Virus record (IMG/VR): IMGVR_UViG_3300033273_000282
Location: 136,310-200,309 of that record
DNA: 64,000 bases
Source: a virus
Lineage: Duplodnaviria > Caudoviricetes
Direction: 5' to 3' (one strand)
The notes under the pieces are model-generated. The model ran no database searches. It was not told the origin of the DNA and saw only the letters and a list, made by a program, of their open reading frames with translations. Both the position numbers and the translations under genes were made by a program. Every line of letters starts with the position of its first letter. Position 1 is the first letter of the stretch. Shown one piece after another: positions 9,898 to 18,800 of the stretch.

Positions 9898-12800
9898 ATG
9901 AGCTTAAGCCTTAATTCTTCACAGCAAAGACTTGAGGGTAGCGGTCTAGTCCCCCAGGGTCCCTGGACTTCCGCTACTTATGGTAGAGCTAATGGTATCG
10001 TCACTGTTACTTCCGTTGCTCACAGATTAAACGATGAAGAAAGAATCTATATCAAGTTTGGCGAAGACCAACTTTTGAGAACGATTCCTGCTGGTCAGCA
10101 TGAAATCAATGTAGTTGACGACGATACATTTACCATTACTGGTACTGGGCAGAACTTTATTGAGGCTGCTACTGCTTGTTCTTATCGTCTGGTAAGATCC
10201 TTTGTACTTAACGCCACCGACTCCATGGCGTTCACCGTTGGCACTGGAGCCAACGAAGATGATGCTGTCTTCATTAACAAAGGTCCTACTGGAAACATCC
10301 GTGTTGGTATTAACAACACTAACCCTGAGTTTGACCTCGACGTTGAAGGTCAGATCAGAACCACTCGATCCATCATTTCTGATACAGCGCAAATCAGAAA
10401 CCTGGATGTTACCAACGAGTTTGTAACCAAGGGTCTGGATCTGCGTGGTCCTAACCTTATTAACTTTGAGGAAACTGATCCTACCGCTAGTGACTTCGGT
10501 ACGATCTACTATCCTACTGCTGACAACCCTCCACGTCAGACACAGAATAATAGAATTGCTACAACCAAGTTCGTATATGACGTTGCTACTGCCGATAACG
10601 GCGGTCGTGTATACGTATCTTCGGTCCCTGGTATTGGTGATGACGAGAACGATGGTCGTTCCGCCGCTAAGCCAGTTCGTACTATTAAGAAGGCAGCACA
10701 GATTGCCTACTCCCTCCAGCAGGACACTGAAGTACCTGAGTACGTGTCCATCATTGTATCGGGTGGTGACTATGTTGAAGACAACCCAATCTCGCTGCCT
10801 TACAACTGCTCGCTGATTGGTGATAACCTTCGTCGTGTTATCCTGCGTCCTCTGAACCAGGATCGCCACATGATCAAGGCGTCCAACGAGACGTATGCTG
10901 CTGGCGTTGTTTTCAGAGATCACCTCGACAACACTGGAACTCCAGACTGGACCTGGAAGTACGCTTACGTATTTGACGACAAACAGCGTCTGTACTACGA
11001 GCCTGAAATTGCTCCATTCTCCTTCTCTCCTGGTCTTGAGAACCAAGGTCGTAACCTTTTTGCTATCACCTTTGAGAACCATACTGGTGATAACACAACC
11101 CTTCTCGTCGGTTATGCCGTTGAGGGTGGTTCTTCGTCCTCTAGAGGTATCATTGAATCTGTAGTATTCACTGGTCCCAATGCTTCTCCATATTCTTCTG
11201 GTACCATTCAGGTATTGATGAGTGACGATCAGTCAACATTCCTGTTGGCTGAAAAACTATACTATGCTGACATCTACGCCAACATCGTTAAGACAGGTGC
11301 TTCCCCATCTGACTCTCTTGACGTTGCTGACCGTGAATCTCAGAGACCAGAAACTGAGGTTATCAAGCACCAGAGATATCAGCACGTTATTAGTTCTGAG
11401 ACTGAGACTCTGCGCTTTGATGGTACAGATCTTAATAATGTCATTGATACTACTGACAACAGAATTACAATCCCACTCCACAGATTGTATACTGGTGCCA
11501 AGGTAATCTATAAAGTTCAGAATGAAGACGGCGCTCCCGTTGAGGGTCTGACTGATAACACCACTTACTTTGTTCGTGTTATCAATGACAATACTATCGA
11601 GTTGTATGATACTTGGCTGGATGCTACAAGTCTCCAGACTACAACTGGTATTAGAAACCTGAGTGATGAAGGTAGTGGCGATGAGCACACCCTGTTCACA
11701 TGTAGGGTTTCGGTCAACGACGACACTATCTACTTCCCCAACCATGGTCTGTTTACGGGCAATGGTATTTACTACCGTGCTTCTAAGGCAGGCGGTATTG
11801 GTGGTCTTAATGACAACTCTCTGATCTTTGTCTATAGAGTAGACAGCCATCACTTTAAGCTTGCTAATACTCAGGCAGATGCTACCAATAAGAACATTTC
11901 TGGTGAAGATGCTCCAGTAATTCTGCCTCTGACTTCTGAGGGTATTGGTTATCAGCGCTTTGAGAAAGCAATCAACGTTGTTGACATCTCTAGCGTAACT
12001 ACTGACGTTGCTACTCAGCAAGCATACAACGGTATCATCTATGAAGTCACTGCGGCTTCTAGAGTTATTGAAGGTATTAACTTCGTTGGTCATGACTATG
12101 AAGTCGGTCAAGAAGTACAAATCTATGGTCTTCCTTACACCGCACTGAGTTTCGGTAGCGGTGCTAGTGCTACCTATACTCAAACAGCAAACCTGATTAC
12201 AGTTACGGTCTCCAATACAGACCCAACTGTAATGAACGTTCTTTGGCCAAACCTCAAGACCCTTGGTCCTGTTGGTGGTAAGGGCGTTGGTGTTCGCATG
12301 GTCTTTGACGATGCTGGTAACACTGGACATATCAATAAGTCTTTCCACATCGCCACGTATCAAGACGGTACACTGGCTCAAACCCAGTCCGATTTTAATG
12401 CTTATCTGGGCAGCCCATCTAACCTGGGCGCTGGTGTTGCTAGATATAATTCTTCTACTAATGAGGTTTACTTCCTCCTTAGAGCAGTAGACTCTGCTAC
12501 CAGAAGTGGTACAGTAACTGTCTTCGACAACCTTGGCGACTTCAATGGTCGTAAGTACGTTACTCATCGTATTGAGCGTGCTGACGGCTACTCTGTTAAG
12601 TTCGTAACTAGAGGTTCTTGCTCTAGAATTGCTACGGCTCTTGACCCATCTGGTGACCAGCAGGTTTGTTCTGCTACCAACTATGCTTTGATGTCGCTGA
12701 GGAACTCTCCTTATGCGTTCGATAAAGTAGAGTTTGGCGCTAACGTCCAAGAATCTGCTAAGCAAAGAGACGCTGCTGAGACAATCAACAATAACCTCAG

Positions 12801-15800
12801 CTTCATTGCTGAGGAATCTTACGCTTATGTTAAGTCCCAGTACAACGCTGGTACTAACACAAGTTTCTCCAGAACTGGTACATACACCTGCTCTGGCAAT
12901 GTAATGACTGTTACTTGCCCTAGAGGTTCTGCTGTATTTGCCAAGAACTCCTACGCTTTTAACTTCAGCGGTGCCACTACAGACGGTGCTTACATCGTTG
13001 ATGACTGTGAGGATCACAGAAGATTCACAATCATCCTCCCTGCTGCTAGCACGGATTCTGGTACAGTAACTATCACCATCCCTGCTCCTTGGCAGACACC
13101 AAACTCTGTTCCTCCCGTTGACAGAGCTGCTGATGGCACATCTTTGATTCTGGCTAACAAGCAACTGATTGCTCAAGAAGCAGTTGCTCGTATGTTGATT
13201 GCTAACCCAACCTTCAACATTCCAACTGGCAACCAGGCTTGTATTGATGATGCTGTTGACTTCCTGGAAGCAATGGCATACAACCTTGCTTACGGTGGTA
13301 ACGATCAGGTCTATGATGCCGCTAAGTATTATGTTGATGGCGCTCACGTTGTAGGTGAGGAAGATGAATCTGTAGAGGTCTTCAACAACGCCAGAGACAT
13401 TGCTATTCAAGTAATGCGTAACCAGACGGTTACCATCCAAGGTAGCCATGGTCTGACTCAGATTAAAGACTTTACCATCTCCCCCGACTCTGCTAACTCT
13501 GGAGTCGGTGATCGCTTCAGTGATGCTCGCAACCTGATCTACAAGAACAAAGAGTTCATTGCTGAGATCGCTGTCGGCAGATTGAATGCCAACCTCGGAT
13601 ATGAGGTTGTAGATTCCAGACACATGGATGCCCACGATCTGCTGATCGCTAACCTGGACTTCATTGCTGAAGAAGCATATGCTGTTCAGTTGGCTGCCGA
13701 TCCTAATCTGACCACCCCAACAGGTGATCCTCAGGATTGTATCGATGACGTTAGAGACATCCTTACCGCAGTTGCTTTCAACGTACAGCATGGTAGCAAC
13801 AACCAAGTCTGGGATGCTGCTAACCTGTATGTTGGTACACCTCACATTCAAGGTGAAGAAGCTAACTCTATTGCGATTATCAACCACGCAAGAGACATTG
13901 CTAAACTGGTAATCACCAACAGAACTCACACTAAAGTTGGTAGTCACGAATACACCCAGTCCTTCGATACCACCATCACCCACGATCAATCTGCTTCTGG
14001 TGGCGCTTACAGTTCTGCTGATTGCGCTAACGTCCAGAGCACCATTGATTCTCTGATGCTGATCGTTACCGATGCGATCACCAACCAGACTCTGAATGGT
14101 GTTACTAAGACTACCCCTGCTACCTTCTCCGTTCCAACTGGCAACCAGTCCTGTATTGATGACATCATCAATATTCTGGAAGTTGCTTCCTGGAACTTGG
14201 CTATGGGTGGCAACGACTTCACCTATGATGCTGCTAACCTGTACATCACAGGCAACCACGTCGTTGGCGAAGAGAACCACTCCATCTATGCTTTCCGTCA
14301 GGCAAGAGATATTGCCATCGAGTGTTTCCAGAATGAAGATGTAACTACTGGTGGATACACCCAACGCACTCAATTTAAGGATCTTACGATCACTCAGGAC
14401 ACAGGTCTTCCAATCTGTGCTAACGTAATCGCATCACTTACTGCGTTGATGAACGTTGTTGAAGTTGCTATTGATACCCAGTCTCTGTCTTCTTTTACTA
14501 GAACGGATTCTTACGCAAACAGATGTTCTGACACTGCTGCTGCCATCACCTCTCTGACTGGTGTTGTTACAGGTGCTATTGGTAGCACTGGTAACCCTGG
14601 TAGCCTGAGTGGTGTTGTTAGAACATATCCAGTTAGCGACCAACAGTGTATTGATGACGTATATCACGTACTCCGTGCTTGGATGTACGACATGCGTTAT
14701 GGCGGTAACTCCAAGACTATTGAAGCCGCACAGAAGTACATCCAAGGTACTAACGTTAACTACGTTACTAATGAAGTACCTCAAACTCGTGAGGTATATA
14801 CAAGAGCCGAGCAACTTGCTACTCTTGCTATTCGTAACCAACTCCCTCAGGGTGAGTTCTCGCAGATTGCTCCATTCCACAACGCATCTACAACAGTTGA
14901 TAGCAACCAACCCGAGTGTGGTGCTTCTATCACCTTCCTGAATGGTCTTGCTACCATTCTGGATGACGCGCTGTCAACTGCTGGAACATCACTTTCCAAT
15001 GTTACTCTCACCGAGCCAAGCACACTCCTGAAAGATGACAGTGGACTTAAGATTGTCCCAATGTTGGCTGACAACCTTGACCTACCTGTTATTGAGGCAT
15101 CGCCTTACATCCAGAACGCATCGCTGATTTCGTTCCTGGGTGCGTCTGGTGCTGAGATCGATGGTGCTAAGGTTGCTTCTCCCAACGTTCCCCGTCCTGG
15201 TGTATTCCTCGACGGTAACGGTGTTGAGCGTTCTACTTTCCCACCTCAGGGTAAGTCGATGGTTGCCAACGCCTTCACGATCATCTCGGTCAACGGCGGT
15301 GTTGGATATAACATTCTGAACGATGGTTACACCCAGCTGGTGTCGGTCTTTGTCATCTTCGGTGGAGATGGTGTTATTGTTCAGTCTGGTGGTTATGCCT
15401 CACTGACTAACTCTGCTTCTAACTTTGGTACCCGTGCTCTGAAGGCAACTGGTTACCGTTCTGAGGCTTATGAGTTTGACGTTGGTACCGTAACCCAGAT
15501 CAGAAACCAAACAGACAACAACGGTGCTCAAACTGGTCGTCAGATCATTGAGGTCGGTGGTCCTATCACCAACTTCCCTGTTGAAGACTATATCATCAAA
15601 TTTGAAGGATTTAGAAATTCTGATCCTGCTAAGGAATACTTCGTCCTTGGTACGGAACAACTGTCTGGTTCGATCGGTACTCAGATTACCGCTAACGTTA
15701 CTACTAACGACGGTCTGGGTCTTGATCTGATCAGAGAGTCCGATAGCACAAACGTGTCGTTCCAGAACGGCAACCTGGATCTGCTGAACAATGCGGTCAT

Positions 15801-18800
15801 CAAATTCCACAGACCTTCGATCTGTAACTCCTCCTCCCACACCTGGGAATATGTTGGTGCTGGTGATACCTATAACGCTCTGCCTCAAAACGGTGGTGTT
15901 GGTATTCCTGCTAACGAAGCAGTTGAAGAAGCATACGGTCAGGTCTACACCTCTGGTACTAACGAATTCGGTGACTTCAAGGTTGGTGACTTTGTTACCA
16001 TCTTCAACAGAACTGGTAGTATCAGCTTCGTTGGTACTGTTAGTATCTCCGAACTGTCTTCGATTAAGATCGTTGGTGGCTCTATCACCATTACTGGATT
16101 CTCCGACAGTGATGAACTGGGTGGTGCTTTTGCTTCTGACTCCTTGCTGCCTACACAGGCTGCTGTTAAGGACTACATCACCAACAAACTTGGTCCATAC
16201 CTGAACCAGCCATACTCAACCAACGCTGTTCCTAGCGCTCTGGTTCAGTTGACCACTAGCGGTAAGATCAACATTGAACAGATCCCCGCTCTGCGTCCTT
16301 TCAATATCACATCTGTTGCCTCTACTGCCGAGCGTCTTGCTATTGAAGATGCCAGCGCTGGTGACATCGCTATTGAAACAACTTCGACTTCTTATCAAGT
16401 TGCTCCTTCTAGCGTTGATATTGTCAATGAAGTTATCACCATTCCTTCTCACGGTCTTACCACTGGCGATATTCTGACCTACTTCCAAGGTACCTCCAAC
16501 ATTGGTAACTTGGCTGATGGTGCTAACTACTATGTAATTCAACATGCTATTGGTGCTAACACCACCGACTACATCAAACTCGCTACTTCCTTGGCTGATG
16601 CTCAGGCAGGCACTGCGAGAAACCTGACTTCTCAAGGTACTGGCACCCACGTCTTCCGTACTGAAGGTGCTGCTATTTCCTACATTCTGGAAAATGACCT
16701 TGATACAATGTATGCTGCGTTTGTTCCTAACAGCGCATACGTATTCAGCAACAACTCTCTGATTATTGGTTCTCAGTCTACTGCTCAGGTAATCGTCACC
16801 AACTACGAAGGTGGTGTCGTCAGAGACATTCTGATCGATGATCCTGGTTCTGGTTACGCTACTGCTCCTGGTATTAGCATCAGTGCTCCACCTAGCGGTA
16901 CTCAAGCAACTGCGAGTTGTACTATCACTAATGGTCAGGTAGCGTCGATCACCATTACCAACCCTGGTTCTGGTTACTACACAGCACCTACAGTTTCTTT
17001 CACAGGTGCTCCTACAGGCGGTACAACTGCTACTGCTCAGGGCAATGCTGCTAGAATTGAAGCCAGACTTTATGTTGATCTTGCTAATAATATCAAGATC
17101 TCTGACATTGACTTCATTCTTGACGAAGCAAACGTCACCGTAGCCAGCGGCGTATACACCCACGATACCTTCGATATCACAATTACTGAAACCAATCACG
17201 GATTTAGCCAAGGTGATACGGTATATCTGGAATTCACATCTGGTTCTTCGACCAGTGGTTTCTACTCTGTTGATAGTATTGTCAACGCAAACGAGTACAC
17301 GGTTGTTGCTCAGACAGCACTCCTTACCTCTGGTAACTACAACAGAAAGAGAATCGTTGACATCACCAGAGTTGTTAACACCTCTGCTTCTAACGCTCAG
17401 AACTGGACTCAGTTGTCCTCCACTAACATCGATGCTTCTAACATCGTTGCTGGTGTTATTGACCCACAGCGTTTGGCTGACACTGGTGTTGCTAACTCCT
17501 TCACCTTCCTTAGAGGTGATGCTTCCTTCCAGTATGCTGTTCAGTCGATTAAATTTACTACAGACGATGTTCTGGTTGGTGAATCTTCGATTCAGGATAA
17601 CAGCTACATTGAGAAAGTTAATATCGTTAACCCTGGTTCTGGTTATACCGTTGGTACATACCAGAACATCCCAATGGTCGGCGGTAACGTTCAGATCTCT
17701 GAGCAAGGCGTTGCTCGTGCTACCTATACCGTCGCTGACGTTGTAACTGGTGGTATTGTAGATAGCGTAAGTAACCTGTCGTTTACCCCAGGATCTTACA
17801 CCCCCAGCAGCACATTTGACGTTTCTGTTTCTACCACCGATGGCGCTGGTCTCGGTGCTCAGATCAGATTCGTAACTGATGTCAACGGTGATATCGCAGT
17901 TGATATCATTCTCGATGGTGGATCTGGATACAATGGTGGCGATACTCTTGAATTTGACGGTCCACTCTTCGGTGGTACTGTACAGCAGGGCGTAAGCGTA
18001 ACTGTATCCACGTTGACTTCCAGCACAACCCTTGGTGCTATCACTAGCGTTTCGGTTGTTACTCCTGGTACTGGATACACCTCTGACTTTACACTCACAG
18101 TTCCTAGCGAACTGGGTCAACCAGTTCAGGCAGGTAGTCTGACTGCTGTTAAGGGTACATTGTCTCGTTACTACGGTAACGCTTCGTTTGACCTTCTCAA
18201 GGCAAACAACCTTACCCCAACAACCCTCCAGGCTGGCGGTTCGGTCTTCGGTAACTATGGTATCGCCAAGTTCCGTAAGCCAGCTGCTGAGCAAGCGCTC
18301 GCTAACCAAGACCTCGGTGGTTTCGTTATTACCACTGCTGGTGAAGTTACCATTGACCAGGGTCCTGGTTCTAAACTGAACGCTGATAAACTGGATGGTA
18401 ACGAAGGTTCCTTCTACCAGAACGCTACCAACCTTATTGAGGGTATTCTTGATCCTCAGCGCCTGGCAAACACCACCTACAACATCTCGATCTCTGGTAC
18501 AGCAGACTACGCAAACACTCTGTTCTGCGAAACAACTGCTCCATCTTCCGCTAACGCTTCCCTCGTCAGCGCTGCTAACGTAGGTACCCAGCTTGCCCTG
18601 AGATCCAACTCCGTAACTGGTATTCCTACCGATGCTGGTGGAACCAGAGCGGGTATCATGACGTTCCGTCGTTCCGCAACTGGTAACTCTGTTGCTCAGT
18701 TGGCTTTCTCTGCCACCGACAACCTGTACCTGAGAGGCAACTCTGACACTGGTACTGTATATGGTCAGTGGGCGAAGATCTGGTCTTCTGAGAACGATGG

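Noticed and set aside
11257-14373. 1038-aa minus-strand ORF, and similar long ones at 16216-18888, 3477-4595, 731-1912, 10027-11082, 19633-20766, 52512-53678 and 53681-54820
   Set aside because: These are antisense shadows of strongly biased + strand genes, which rarely use TTA, CTA and TCA codons and so leave the mirror frame stop-free. The translations are Ser/Thr/Val-rich with no motifs.
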